IMG/VR virus record: IMGVR_UViG_3300020442_000008
Location: 1 to 64,000 of that record
DNA: 64,000 nucleotides
Strand: one strand, 5' to 3'
Origin: a virus
A program made the translations under genes and the position numbers. Of the stretch, positions 30,131-40,176 are shown one piece after another (position 1 is the first letter of the stretch; every line of letters starts with the position of its first letter). The notes beneath the pieces are model-generated. The model ran no database searches and was not told the DNA's origin. It worked only from the letters and a program-made list of their open reading frames with translations.

Positions 30131-30758
30131 ATTTATTACAATTGATATTCCAAAAACTGGCACAAGATCGCTCCGCCAGAGCTTGATTCCGTTAAAAGTT
30201 ATCAACATTTGTGGGGAGCCAAATTTAAATGCGGAATTTTATCAACATGATAATGCAATTCGCGTCAGAAAGCAATTCAAAAAAAATAACTGGAATTGGA
30301 ATGATTATTTTAAGTTTACGATTGTGCGTAACCCATGGGCTCGTTATTTTAGTTTTTTTAAATATTTTAAAAGTTACGGTGAGAAATATTTATGTCTAGA
30401 CGAATCAATAAATTGGGGTAAGCCTGAAATTAACCAAGGGAAACATTGCGCTGAATTATTCAAGAACAGAGATGACCACGCTGTATTAAGAAAAATTATA
30501 TTAAATAACAACTCACAAGATTCATATTATTCCGATGACAAGGGAAGGGTCATAGTTAATCATGTAGCGAGTTTTGAAAATCTTGAGGATGAGTTTGTGT
30601 TTTTATGTAATCAAGTTGGTATGAGCTCGCCTGGATTGCAACACGGAAACAAAAGTTCTAGCTTACTCAAGATGACAGATATTTATGACCAAGAATTAAT
30701 TGATCTTGTTGCCAAAAAAGAAAGCCGTGTAATAGAATTAAAAGGTTATACTATATAA
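30108..30758 (+). CDS. Sulfotransferase family 2 protein
   Basis: MLISHKHKFI.IDIPKTGTRS, FTIVRNPWAR..S.F.Y, FENLEDEF. Confidence 0.88.
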   Translation: MLISHKHKFITIDIPKTGTRSLRQSLIPLKVINICGEPNLNAEFYQHDNAIRVRKQFKKNNWNWNDYFKFTIVRNPWARYFSFFKYFKSYGEKYLCLDESINWGKPEINQGKHCAELFKNRDDHAVLRKIILNNNSQDSYYSDDKGRVIVNHVASFENLEDEFVFLCNQVGMSSPGLQHGNKSSSLLKMTDIYDQELIDLVAKKESRVIELKGYTI

Positions 30759-30773
30759 AAATTATTTACTTAA

Positions 30774-31352
30774 ATGATATTGTCGCATAAATATAAATTT
30801 GTTTGCCTAAATCCGCCAAAAACTGGATCAGGATTTAGAGAAAATACGCTGAAACAATATGCTGATTTAAGCATTATTTCTGAAAAATCTTTAAACCTAA
30901 GACACTGGAATTCATCAGAAGCCTCAAATTACATCAAAAGCATAAATAAAAACCCAAATGATTATTATTGGTTTACTTTTGTTAGAAATCCGTGGGAGCG
31001 AATGATTTCTTGGGTTAATATGAAGAAAAATAAATTCTTAGATAACGGGGTCTCAGTAGATATTGATATTGAAGATTTTATTTCGCGCACATTAAAACAG
31101 AATAGTTTTAAAAATTATATATATCGTGATGGACAATTATTAGATTTTGTCGGTTCGCTTGAAAACATCACGGAAGATCTTCGTTTTATTTTAAATAAAT
31201 TAAATATTGATGCAGATATTGGCTTTAGAGAAGACAAGTATATCAAAAACTTCAAGGAAGAAATTAGAAGCCAGCTAAGCCAGAAGACGATTGATCTTAT
31301 TTTGTGTGCAGAAAAAGAAGTTATAGACATGAAGAATTACTCGTTTAAATAA
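30774..31352 (+). CDS. Sulfotransferase family 2 protein
   Basis: MILSHKYKFV...PKTGS, FTFVRNPWERMISW, DFVGSLENI. Confidence 0.85.
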   Translation: MILSHKYKFVCLNPPKTGSGFRENTLKQYADLSIISEKSLNLRHWNSSEASNYIKSINKNPNDYYWFTFVRNPWERMISWVNMKKNKFLDNGVSVDIDIEDFISRTLKQNSFKNYIYRDGQLLDFVGSLENITEDLRFILNKLNIDADIGFREDKYIKNFKEEIRSQLSQKTIDLILCAEKEVIDMKNYSFK

Positions 31353-31360
31353 TATTCGAT

Positions 31361-32071
31361 ATGAAAATATATACTTACTATCAAGATATCAATTTTTCCA
31401 GTCAACGAGAATTAATTAATTTATGGAAAATTAGTTGGTCTCGACATGGCTACGAACCTATCGTGCTTAATCTGGAAGATGCAAAAAAGCATCCGTATTT
31501 TGAAACTTTGAACTTAGAAATGCGTAGAATATTTAAAGAAATAACAAATAAAGAAATTAATGACTACGGAATGAGTTGTTGGTTTCGCTGGTTAGCGTAC
31601 GCAACTCAAAAAGAAGAAGTTTTTTATGTTTCCGATTATGATGCAATAAATATTAATTTTCCAATTACAGAGCCGAGAGATAAACTTCATTTAATGGATA
31701 ACTGGGTTCCATTTTTAGCAAGCGGAACGCCCGATCAATTTGAAAATTTATGCAAAGCATTTGTTAATGTCAGTAATGAACGCATCGACAGTTTAAAGAA
31801 ACAGGCAACACACTATCATGATCAAGAGTTTTTTAATTATAATTTCATGCCAAAGAACAATAGTACGGCAGGAGAACTGAGAAAGAAATATAATATTTTA
31901 ATGACGAGAGACAGAACAAGATTCGGGGGAGCCAACATCAACTCAAACGTTTTAGTGCATCATGTATCGCATAACATGGTCAAGGTTACGCTTCAAACAA
32001 AATCTCCTAACAAAAAATATAGTGAAAGAGAGAGAATTATAATTGTCCGTGATTTATTAAAATTGGGGTAA
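31361..32071 (+). CDS. Putative glycosyltransferase-like protein
   Basis: LWKISW...GYEP.VL, CWFRWLA, SDYD (DxD), HDQE. Confidence 0.45.
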   Translation: MKIYTYYQDINFSSQRELINLWKISWSRHGYEPIVLNLEDAKKHPYFETLNLEMRRIFKEITNKEINDYGMSCWFRWLAYATQKEEVFYVSDYDAININFPITEPRDKLHLMDNWVPFLASGTPDQFENLCKAFVNVSNERIDSLKKQATHYHDQEFFNYNFMPKNNSTAGELRKKYNILMTRDRTRFGGANINSNVLVHHVSHNMVKVTLQTKSPNKKYSERERIIIVRDLLKLG

Positions 32072-32146
32072 TAGACATGAGCGCAGTTTTTTAACAAATA
32101 AACAAAAGAAAATTGATTAATTATTAAAATCACCACATAATATAAT

Positions 32147-32374
32147 GTGGACGAAGATTTAGAATTTATCAGCCCTAGGGATTACGACGAACAAACTGAT
32201 GCATTTAGATTTGAGTTAGATAATTTAGTAGAAAGATTCTTAGAAGAATTTGATTTAAACACTATTACATTGGTTGGAGCATTAACAGAAAAAACAAAAG
32301 AGTTGCTTGAAGTAGGGAGTATTGAATTCGAAATGGACGAAGATTTTTTTGACGAAGAGGAGGATGAACTTTGA
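32147..32374 (+). CDS. Hypothetical acidic protein
   Basis: 75-aa highly acidic ORF. Confidence 0.6.
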   Translation: MDEDLEFISPRDYDEQTDAFRFELDNLVERFLEEFDLNTITLVGALTEKTKELLEVGSIEFEMDEDFFDEEEDEL

Positions 32375-32559
32375 GGCCATGGAGGGACTGTAATTCTTTA
32401 GGTAAACTTTTGATTATATGCTGCTTGATTAATATGTTTTTTTGTATCGAACTCGCTATTATAGGTCACCCCTTAGCGATTTTTAGTGTTTTTTCAGCAG
32501 CCTGTTGCGGGTTAGGAACTTATTCTCGCAAGGCAACAAAAGATGTGTAACATATATTT

Positions 32560-32793
32560 ATGAAGATTGATTTAATTGATTTAATTTTTCTTGCAATTGG
32601 AGCTTGGGTAGTATATTATATCTATTCCTTACAAAATGCAAATAACGAACTTCAATCTATTATTGACTCTCAAAATACAGTTCTTGAATCTCAAAGAATT
32701 TATATACATGAAGTCAACAAAATGCTGGGAATCAACCCCTACTTATATCAAGAGTATTCTCAACCAAAAAAGCAGAATTTCGGACCGATCTAA
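32560..32793 (+). CDS. Small membrane-anchored coiled-coil protein
   Basis: N-terminal TM helix, preceded by GTGTA-N10-ATG. Confidence 0.6.
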   Translation: MKIDLIDLIFLAIGAWVVYYIYSLQNANNELQSIIDSQNTVLESQRIYIHEVNKMLGINPYLYQEYSQPKKQNFGPI

Positions 32794-33243
32794 ATGACAC
32801 TTCAAGAATTACTAAAATCAACGAGATATAAACCTGTCTTTAATAAGGTTTACAAACATTATCTATCAGAATCATATACTGTTAGCAAAATTGAAAACAT
32901 GGACACTGGATTTTTGCGAGCTTTTGATGAACTAAGAGAGATGACCCCAGAAACCCATGAAGACAAAGATGTAAGCCATTCCACGATTTACATAAAAGAG
33001 GTTCATCAAGATCAAGAAGCCTATATTGATGTATGCTTAAGAAATGAAGATGGAGACGAATACTTCTCATTGGATTTTTTACCTTGGAAATCCTTATTGC
33101 AACTTAATATTGATTCAAATATTAAATTAAATAAAGAAGAGATGATGGCCCATATTTTATGGGAGCTTACCTTTTGGGGGTTTTCTTCTGCAAGCGTAGA
33201 TGCACAAGGAAAAAAATTAATAGATATTGCCGAGGAAGATTAA
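32794..33243 (+). CDS. DUF6557-like hypothetical protein
   Basis: SLDFLPW..LL...AHILWELTFWGF motif. Confidence 0.5.
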   Translation: MTLQELLKSTRYKPVFNKVYKHYLSESYTVSKIENMDTGFLRAFDELREMTPETHEDKDVSHSTIYIKEVHQDQEAYIDVCLRNEDGDEYFSLDFLPWKSLLQLNIDSNIKLNKEEMMAHILWELTFWGFSSASVDAQGKKLIDIAEED

Positions 33244-33855
33244 ATGCCGTACTCTCAAGCAGGACAGGATATTTTTGTTAATCATTTATTTAAAGATTCA
33301 AATAGATTTTTTTTAGATTTTGGCTGCGGGGATGGCATAAACAAACCATGCGGAAACAATACTATGTTTCTAGAGCAAATGGGTTGGAATGGAATCTCTA
33401 TTGACATAAACCCCGATTATATAAATAGATTTAATCAGACGAGAAAAACAAAAGCGTATTGTATTGACTTAACAAAAGTAGATATCGTTAAAACAATGGA
33501 AGAGATTGGTTGCCCAAAATCTATAGATTACTTTTCATTTGATATCGATGATGCAACCTTGCAAGTTTTAAATAATTTCCCTTTTGATTATTTTGAGTTT
33601 AAGTTTATCACCTTTGAGCACGATTTATATAGAGGACAGTATGCTTTAAAGGCGTTTTCCAACAAACTTTTTGAAGATCAAGGCTATAGATTACTATTTG
33701 AAAATGTTTCCTTTTCTGGAGTAAGAGATAACCAATTAGTGGCAGTAGAAGATTGGTACATTAATCCAAAGTTTTTTGATTACCCGTGTATTAAAAAAGG
33801 AGCGGACTCAAGATCTTTGATATATGAGTACGAAAAATTTAAAAATTCAATATGA
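33244..33855 (+). CDS. FkbM-like SAM methyltransferase
   Basis: YSQAGQD, FLDFGCGDG...NNT..LE..GW.GISID, IDYFSFDID, ITFEHD, EDWY. Confidence 0.8.
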   Translation: MPYSQAGQDIFVNHLFKDSNRFFLDFGCGDGINKPCGNNTMFLEQMGWNGISIDINPDYINRFNQTRKTKAYCIDLTKVDIVKTMEEIGCPKSIDYFSFDIDDATLQVLNNFPFDYFEFKFITFEHDLYRGQYALKAFSNKLFEDQGYRLLFENVSFSGVRDNQLVAVEDWYINPKFFDYPCIKKGADSRSLIYEYEKFKNSI

Positions 33856-34901
33856 AAAAAATAATTATCACAGGAGTAACAGGTCAAGATGGAAGTCATA
33901 TGGCAGACTATTTACTGAAAAATACAAACCATAAGATATATGGAGCAGTAAGAAGACTTAGCGTTAAAAATCATGAGAATATTTTACATTTAGAAAACGA
34001 ACCTAGGTTTAATTTAATTGATATGGATTTAAATGACGCGCACAGCATAAGGGATGTTGTTCTGGACATAAAGCCTGACTATTTTATTAATTTTGCAGCG
34101 CAATCTTTTGTTGCAGGAAGTTGGAAGTACCCGATTCAAACATGGGATACAGATGCAAACGCTGTTCTACATATATTAGAATCTATTCGTAGATTTTCTC
34201 CGCATTGTAGATTTTATAATGCGGGCTCCTCAGAAGAATTTGGAGATGTAGCATATTCACCTCAAGACGAAAAGCATCCCTTATTACCTCAATCTCCTTA
34301 CGGGGCAGCAAAATGCGCCGCTAGACATATTGTAAGGGTTTATAAAGAGTCTTATGGCTTATACGCCGTCCAGGGTTGGCTTTTTAACCATGAAGGAGTG
34401 AGGAGAGGGCTCGACTTCGTCACAAGGAAAATTTCGGATGCTGTAGCAAAAATTAAATTTTCGATTGTAAATAATTTAGAACTACCTTGTTTTGAATTAG
34501 GCAATCTAGAAGCTCAAAGAGACTGGAGCGATGCAGAGGATTTTATGGAGGGGGTTTGGTTAATGATGAATCAAGATCGTCCATTTAATTATGTACTCGC
34601 AAGTGGTGAGATGCATACGATTAGGGAGTTTGTGGATGAGTGCTTTAAGTGTGCAGGGATCGATGGTTCTTGGAAATTTCAAAATGGTTCAAATAAACCA
34701 GAGGATGAAGTTTTTATGAAAGATACTGGAGAAATTTTACTTAAAATCAATCCTAAATTTTATAGACCAGCAGAAGTGCATGAATTATGTGGAGACCCAA
34801 GATTGGCAGAATCTGAATTACATTGGAAGAGGAAGACCGACTTTAAAGGTCTGGTTCAAAAAATGTATGAACATGATGAGCGGAAACACTTTAATAAATG
34901 A
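33852..34901 (+). CDS. gmd: GDP-mannose 4,6-dehydratase
   Basis: ITGVTGQDGS, AAQSFV, SSEEFG, PQSPYGAAK, FNHE, LGNLEAQRDW, RPAEV. Confidence 0.95.
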   Translation: MKKIIITGVTGQDGSHMADYLLKNTNHKIYGAVRRLSVKNHENILHLENEPRFNLIDMDLNDAHSIRDVVLDIKPDYFINFAAQSFVAGSWKYPIQTWDTDANAVLHILESIRRFSPHCRFYNAGSSEEFGDVAYSPQDEKHPLLPQSPYGAAKCAARHIVRVYKESYGLYAVQGWLFNHEGVRRGLDFVTRKISDAVAKIKFSIVNNLELPCFELGNLEAQRDWSDAEDFMEGVWLMMNQDRPFNYVLASGEMHTIREFVDECFKCAGIDGSWKFQNGSNKPEDEVFMKDTGEILLKINPKFYRPAEVHELCGDPRLAESELHWKRKTDFKGLVQKMYEHDERKHFNK

Positions 34902-35832
34902 GAGAATTTTCATTGCAGGACACAAAGGTATGGTTGGTTCTGCACTCTGGAGGCGTTTAAAAGATTACGATGTTATTACGCTAGATAAATCTAAATTAGA
35001 TTTAATTAATCAACAGTCTGTTGAGGAGTTTTTTGCAGAGTATAAGCCAACTATGGTGGTGAATTGCGCAGCAAAAGTCGGAGGAATCCTAGCAAATAAT
35101 TCCTTCAAAGGTGAATTCATTTTTAATAATTTACAAATTTCAGCAAACATCATCAACCAATCGCACAAACATGGGGTAAAGAAATTAATTAACCTAGGAT
35201 CATCTTGTATATATCCCAAGCAGTGCGAAATCCCCATAGTTGAAGAGTCTCTCTTAAGTGGAAAGCTAGAACCCACAAACGAACCGTATGCAATAGCTAA
35301 AATAGCAGCATTAAAAACCTGTGAGAGTTATTTTTATCAATATGGAAGCAACTTCTACTCATTAATGCCTTGTAATCTTTATGGTTTTGGAGATAATTTT
35401 GACCTAGAGACATCTCATGTTTTACCAGCGTTAATGAGAAAGATAGACCACGCAAAGCGCAATAATATAAATTGTGTTGAGATCTGGGGTTCGGGAAAAC
35501 CCTTGAGGGAATTCTTATTTGTAGACGATTTAGCGGAGGCGATTGAATTTTGCTTAATTAATATTGATGCGGAAAATATCTATTCCCAAGGGGTGTCACA
35601 TTTAAATTGTGGCTCAGAAGAAGAGGTTTCAATTATGGAATTGGTTTATTTAATATCTGATGTTATTGGATATAAGGGAGATTTTTCTTTCGATTCCTCA
35701 AAACCAGACGGGACTTTTAGAAAAAAAATGGATAACTCTAGGATGACTGACTCTGGATTCACAGCCAGAACAAAACTAAAAGATGGACTAAAGATGACAT
35801 ACAAGTGGTTCAAAGAATTAAATTTATCTTGA
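34873..35832 (+). CDS. fcl: GDP-L-fucose synthase
   Basis: AGHKGMVGSA, AAKVGGI.AN, LGSSCIYP, LEPTNEPYAIAK, PCNLYG, SHVLPAL, WGSGKPLREFL, KPDGT. Confidence 0.95.
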   Translation: MMSGNTLINERIFIAGHKGMVGSALWRRLKDYDVITLDKSKLDLINQQSVEEFFAEYKPTMVVNCAAKVGGILANNSFKGEFIFNNLQISANIINQSHKHGVKKLINLGSSCIYPKQCEIPIVEESLLSGKLEPTNEPYAIAKIAALKTCESYFYQYGSNFYSLMPCNLYGFGDNFDLETSHVLPALMRKIDHAKRNNINCVEIWGSGKPLREFLFVDDLAEAIEFCLINIDAENIYSQGVSHLNCGSEEEVSIMELVYLISDVIGYKGDFSFDSSKPDGTFRKKMDNSRMTDSGFTARTKLKDGLKMTYKWFKELNLS

Positions 35833-35863
35833 CAAAATTGAGTTTTTAGTTCATATTAATACT

Positions 35864-36031
35864 ATGAACGAAAGACAAAAGCGTTATCTTAAAACGAAGA
35901 AAGGGCAGGAAGCTCAGAAAAAAGCTCAGAAAAAGTATGACGAAAATAATCTCGAAAAAAGACGAGAACAAAAACGTGAGTACATGAGAAGAAAAAGAGC
36001 AGAAGACCCTAATTACTGCAAATGGAAATAA
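35864..36031 (+). CDS. Small highly basic protein (55 aa, not in the ORF track)
   Basis: MNERQKRYLKTKKG...EYMRRKRAEDPNYCKWK directly after TTGACA(35829)-17-CATATT-6-ATG. Confidence 0.6.
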   Translation: MNERQKRYLKTKKGQEAQKKAQKKYDENNLEKRREQKREYMRRKRAEDPNYCKWK

Positions 36032-36033
36032 TC

Positions 36034-36516
36034 ATGAAATATATTATTATATTTATATTGTTCTCTGCTTGCGTGGGGTTTGCATTTGAAGAGTCAATGC
36101 CAACTTATGATATGTATTCTCAAGATGTCAGAGACGAATACAGTCAATATCTAAGAGAGCAAGAACATTTAGTGCTACTATCGATGTTGGATAGTTTTAC
36201 AGATAAAGGTTTTTCCTATGTTGTCATCCACGATTCCGTAGAAACAGAGTATCCAAGCTGGAGGTATTCGGAATGGCTTGGTTATTTTTATCAATCAAAT
36301 TCGATTTGGGTCTTTCACCCAAAACTGCAATGGGTTTATCCATATGCAACCCATAATGGATTTTGGCTATGGGTAGAATCTATCGGCTGGATTTGGACGA
36401 ATAAAGATTGCTACCCGTTTTTTTGCAGGGAAAATGGAGAGAAGCTATACTTATATGACACAGAAGGGAGTGCGATCTTTTACTGCTACAGTTCGCAGGA
36501 TTTAATAAAATTGTAG
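36034..36516 (+). CDS. Secreted protein with Trp-rich repeat domain
   Basis: Signal peptide MKYIIIFILFSACVGFA, then WRYSEWLGYFY..SIWVFHPKLQWVY..FWLW..IGWIWT..YPFF. Confidence 0.65.
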   Translation: MKYIIIFILFSACVGFAFEESMPTYDMYSQDVRDEYSQYLREQEHLVLLSMLDSFTDKGFSYVVIHDSVETEYPSWRYSEWLGYFYQSNSIWVFHPKLQWVYPYATHNGFWLWVESIGWIWTNKDCYPFFCRENGEKLYLYDTEGSAIFYCYSSQDLIKL

Positions 36517-36553
36517 TTTTTTAATACTAATGTGTAATATATTTGCACAGATT

Positions 36554-38824
36554 ATGAAAATATTACTACTGACCTTACTATCTTTTAGCACCTGTTTTGC
36601 AGGCGAGCTTTACTTTAATAACGGAAAAAATCTTAAAGCGGATATACTTGAAGCCAACTCGACTCATGCCTTAATAGAGAGGTGGGAAGATGGGCAACTT
36701 TTTAGAATTAAAATCAATTCATTAACAAAAGATAATCAGGCTTATATTAAAAATAATTTCCCTCCGAGCCACGAAGCTCTTCCAAAATTCAAAAAACCTC
36801 TATCAAGTGACCAATTAAACAGGCACTCGGCTTTTATAGATAGATTAATAGAAACAAAACTAAGATCATATAACCAAAGGCCAAATAAGGATATCAATGA
36901 TGAGATTTTTGTAAGAAGGGCTTACTTAAAAATAATCGGAAGAACACCTTCATTGAAAGAATTTGATAATTTTATTAACAACAGAGATTCAAATAAAAGA
37001 GCTAAATTAATTGACGAGCTATTGGGTAGTGAGGGTTATGTCAGTAATTGGTTTAACTTTTGGGCAGATATATTACGGATTAAAGACAGGCTAAATAATA
37101 GAATATCTGGAATACCTTATAAAAATTATGTTAAGCAATTCATATCAGATAACCGACCCTATGATGTTTGGGTTAGGGAAATGCTATCTTCCTCCGGACC
37201 GCTCTGGGTAGAAGGCAACGAGGGTGTTAGTTATTTTGCTAGGGATGTAAATATGCCTTTGGACAATATGGCAAATACTGTTAGAATTTTTCTAGGGACA
37301 AGCTTGGAGTGCGCTCAGTGCCACGATCACCCTTTTGATCGCTGGACTCAAAAACAGTTTTATGAAATGGCGGCTTTTACAAGCGGTTCAACCAATTTAA
37401 GATTAAAACGGGAGAGCAACTTAAATGAATTAAATAAATTAGTGAGAGAAGAAAGGAGAAAGCTGGAGCAGGCTGAAGAACCACAGAAGTCGCGTCAATT
37501 ACAAAATGCAGTAAGAGATATTGAAGACATCCTAGGTACAGGACTAACAAGTCTTGGAAATGGTAAAATTAATTTACCTAAAGATTATCAATACGATAAT
37601 GCAAAACCAAACGAATCTTTGACTGGAAAAACTATTTTCGGAAAGGAGATAGATATAAAAACATATGCTCCCGAAGCAGGCTCTAGAGAAACATACGCTA
37701 ATTGGCTTGCCTCGGACTCAAACCCTAGGTTTACTGCCGTGATTGTCAATAGGCTTTGGAAGGAAGTTTTTGGCTTGGCGCTGATTGAGCCATTGGATAA
37801 TATGTTTGATGACACATTAGCCACAGACCCTACTTTACAACTGCATTTAGAAAAGGTAATGGTTGCATTGGATTATGACTTGAAAGAATTCTTAAGAGTC
37901 TTATATAACACAAAAACTTTTCAAAGAGAAGCTGTCGCAAGGGATGTCATACCAAAAGATAATAAAGACACGCAAATGCCTGTAGATGTACAATGGATAA
38001 TAGCTGGACCAAATATCGAAAAACAATCCCAAAATGCAGTACCTTACTTTTATCAAGGGCCAATGCTCGAAAGAATGAGCGGGGAACAGATTTGGGACTC
38101 TCTTGTGAATTTAACATTCAGTAATATTGACTCTCGCAAATTAGAACAAAACACAAAAGGTTATGAAAATTTTAGAAATTTTTCAGAAATGAGCGGGGAA
38201 GATTTATTTAATCAAGTTATGGCAAAGATTAATAAAACAGAAAAACCAAATAATCCAAATAAGACAAAGTTTTCTAAACCGATTAATACAGATTGCCCCA
38301 TAAAGCCAGGGAGAGCGATTGACCCAACCCTTCTTGCCCTCAATGAGAACGGAGAAACAGTTGCTTTTTGCTGTGAATCTTGCGTGGACAAATATAAATC
38401 CCAACAAGACGCAAAAAAACAAGAATACCGAAAGAACTTCGTAAAAGATCGTAACTCTGTAAGAGCATCAGAACTACCTTCTCCTGCTCCTATTGGACAT
38501 CTAATTCGTGAGTTCGGCGGGTCGGATAGGGAGCAGATAGAAAATTCAGATAAAAGCGCTTCAGCAACGCAGGTTTTGAATTTAATTAATGGCTTTGTGG
38601 AAACGAGATTACTCAAGAATAAAAATTTTGAAATAATAAAAGCAATAGAATCCAAGAAGACATTAAAAGATAAAGTTGAAGTAGGTTATAAATATATACT
38701 AAGCAGAGAACCAACTTCTCAAGAATTAAGAATTTTTACGGAGAATTTGAAAAACCAAAAAGATGAATATAAAGAAATAATTTGGGCGTTAATTAACACC
38801 CATGAATTTATGTTCGTTAAGTAA
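36554..38824 (+). CDS. DUF1549 (PSCyt2)/DUF1553 (PSD1) protein with N-terminal SHD1-like domain and YHS-like insert
   Basis: Signal peptide, IFVRRAYLKIIGR.P, WADILR, RIFLG.SLECAQCHDHPFDRWTQ..FY..AAF, VNRLWK..FG..LIEP.D, C-terminal IIWALINTHEF. Confidence 0.92.
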   Translation: MKILLLTLLSFSTCFAGELYFNNGKNLKADILEANSTHALIERWEDGQLFRIKINSLTKDNQAYIKNNFPPSHEALPKFKKPLSSDQLNRHSAFIDRLIETKLRSYNQRPNKDINDEIFVRRAYLKIIGRTPSLKEFDNFINNRDSNKRAKLIDELLGSEGYVSNWFNFWADILRIKDRLNNRISGIPYKNYVKQFISDNRPYDVWVREMLSSSGPLWVEGNEGVSYFARDVNMPLDNMANTVRIFLGTSLECAQCHDHPFDRWTQKQFYEMAAFTSGSTNLRLKRESNLNELNKLVREERRKLEQAEEPQKSRQLQNAVRDIEDILGTGLTSLGNGKINLPKDYQYDNAKPNESLTGKTIFGKEIDIKTYAPEAGSRETYANWLASDSNPRFTAVIVNRLWKEVFGLALIEPLDNMFDDTLATDPTLQLHLEKVMVALDYDLKEFLRVLYNTKTFQREAVARDVIPKDNKDTQMPVDVQWIIAGPNIEKQSQNAVPYFYQGPMLERMSGEQIWDSLVNLTFSNIDSRKLEQNTKGYENFRNFSEMSGEDLFNQVMAKINKTEKPNNPNKTKFSKPINTDCPIKPGRAIDPTLLALNENGETVAFCCESCVDKYKSQQDAKKQEYRKNFVKDRNSVRASELPSPAPIGHLIREFGGSDREQIENSDKSASATQVLNLINGFVETRLLKNKNFEIIKAIESKKTLKDKVEVGYKYILSREPTSQELRIFTENLKNQKDEYKEIIWALINTHEFMFVK

Positions 38825-38883
38825 AGCGCAAGAAATACACAATATATCTTGACTTTTGCATAAAATTGTGTAATAATATTACT

Positions 38884-40176
38884 ATGAAACATAGTAGTAT
38901 AGATGAACTTGGCAGAAGAGAATTCATAGCTCATGCAGCAAAAGCCTGTTTGGGCGTAGGCTTAATGCCTATGGCAGGAAATTTTATACATGACAGCGTT
39001 CAAGCCTTAACTCCAGGGGCTAGAGTACCCACGGCTCGTCATGTTATATATTTAAATATGGCTGGAGCAATGTCTCACTTAGATACTTTTGGACCGAAAC
39101 CAGATGCTCCAGATATTCAAGGTCCGACAAAATCTATAGCAACAAGCGCAGATGGAGTGATTTTATCTGAAAATTTACCCAAAACTGCACAAATAATGCA
39201 TAATGCAGCGATCATAAAAACCATGAACACAAGCCAAGGTGCGCATGAGCAAGCGAGCTACCTTATGCATACATCTTATCTTAAAAGAGGAACTATTGTT
39301 CACCCAACTTTTGGTAGCTGGGTTTCGAAACTTTCGGGTTCTCTTAATAAAACAATTCCAGCTAATGTAAAAATTGGCGGAGGTGGGGGTGGTGCAGGCT
39401 TCCTAGAATCTAAATATGGAGCTTTACCTATTAATAACCCAAAGTCTGGATTAGCAAATAGCAAAATGGCATCCTATTTAGATCAAGAGCACTTTCAAGG
39501 GAGGATATCGATAACAGAAGCTTTAAATGAAAACTTTGCAACAGATTTCCCGCAAAAACAAATTAGAGCTTATTCTGATTTATATAAAGATGCAATTAAG
39601 TTAATGAATAGTGACGATCTGAATGCTTTTGATATTACAAAAGAATCAGAAATGACATCTAGTTTGTATGGTACAACAAATTTCGGCCAAGGTTGTCTTC
39701 TTGCAAGAAGGCTTGTGGAGAATGGTGTGAGGTATGTTGAGGTCACCAGAGGCGGTTGGGATACCCATGATAATAATTTTGAGAGGGTTGCGGCTAATTG
39801 CGCAGATATAGACCAAGCATTGAGCGGTTTATTAATTGACTTAGATCGCAGGGGGCTTTTGTCGGAAACTTTAGTGGTGTTAACTTCTGAATTTGGTAGA
39901 ACTCCAAACATTAACGGCAGAGACGGAAGAGATCATTGGCCTTACTGTTTTACGGCTTTCTTAGCTGGAGGCGGGGTAAAAGGAGGAATCACTTACGGAG
40001 AAACTGATAAGACGGGAAGGTCGCCAATTGACGGGAGACCCGTTAAGCCAGCGGATCTAAATGCTACTATTGCATATGCACTAGGGTTGTCATTAAATAG
40101 CTTTCAATATTCTCCATCAGGAAGGCCATTTACGATTGCACACAAAGGAGAACCATTAACAGAGATTTTATCATAA
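38884..40176 (+). CDS. DUF1501 family Tat-exported protein (alkaline phosphatase/sulfatase-like superfamily)
   Basis: Twin-Arg GRREF, VIYLNMAGAMSHLDTF.PK, FGQGCLLARRLVE.GVR, GWDTH, SEFGRTP, GRDHW, AGGG. Confidence 0.92.
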   Translation: MKHSSIDELGRREFIAHAAKACLGVGLMPMAGNFIHDSVQALTPGARVPTARHVIYLNMAGAMSHLDTFGPKPDAPDIQGPTKSIATSADGVILSENLPKTAQIMHNAAIIKTMNTSQGAHEQASYLMHTSYLKRGTIVHPTFGSWVSKLSGSLNKTIPANVKIGGGGGGAGFLESKYGALPINNPKSGLANSKMASYLDQEHFQGRISITEALNENFATDFPQKQIRAYSDLYKDAIKLMNSDDLNAFDITKESEMTSSLYGTTNFGQGCLLARRLVENGVRYVEVTRGGWDTHDNNFERVAANCADIDQALSGLLIDLDRRGLLSETLVVLTSEFGRTPNINGRDGRDHWPYCFTAFLAGGGVKGGITYGETDKTGRSPIDGRPVKPADLNATIAYALGLSLNSFQYSPSGRPFTIAHKGEPLTEILS

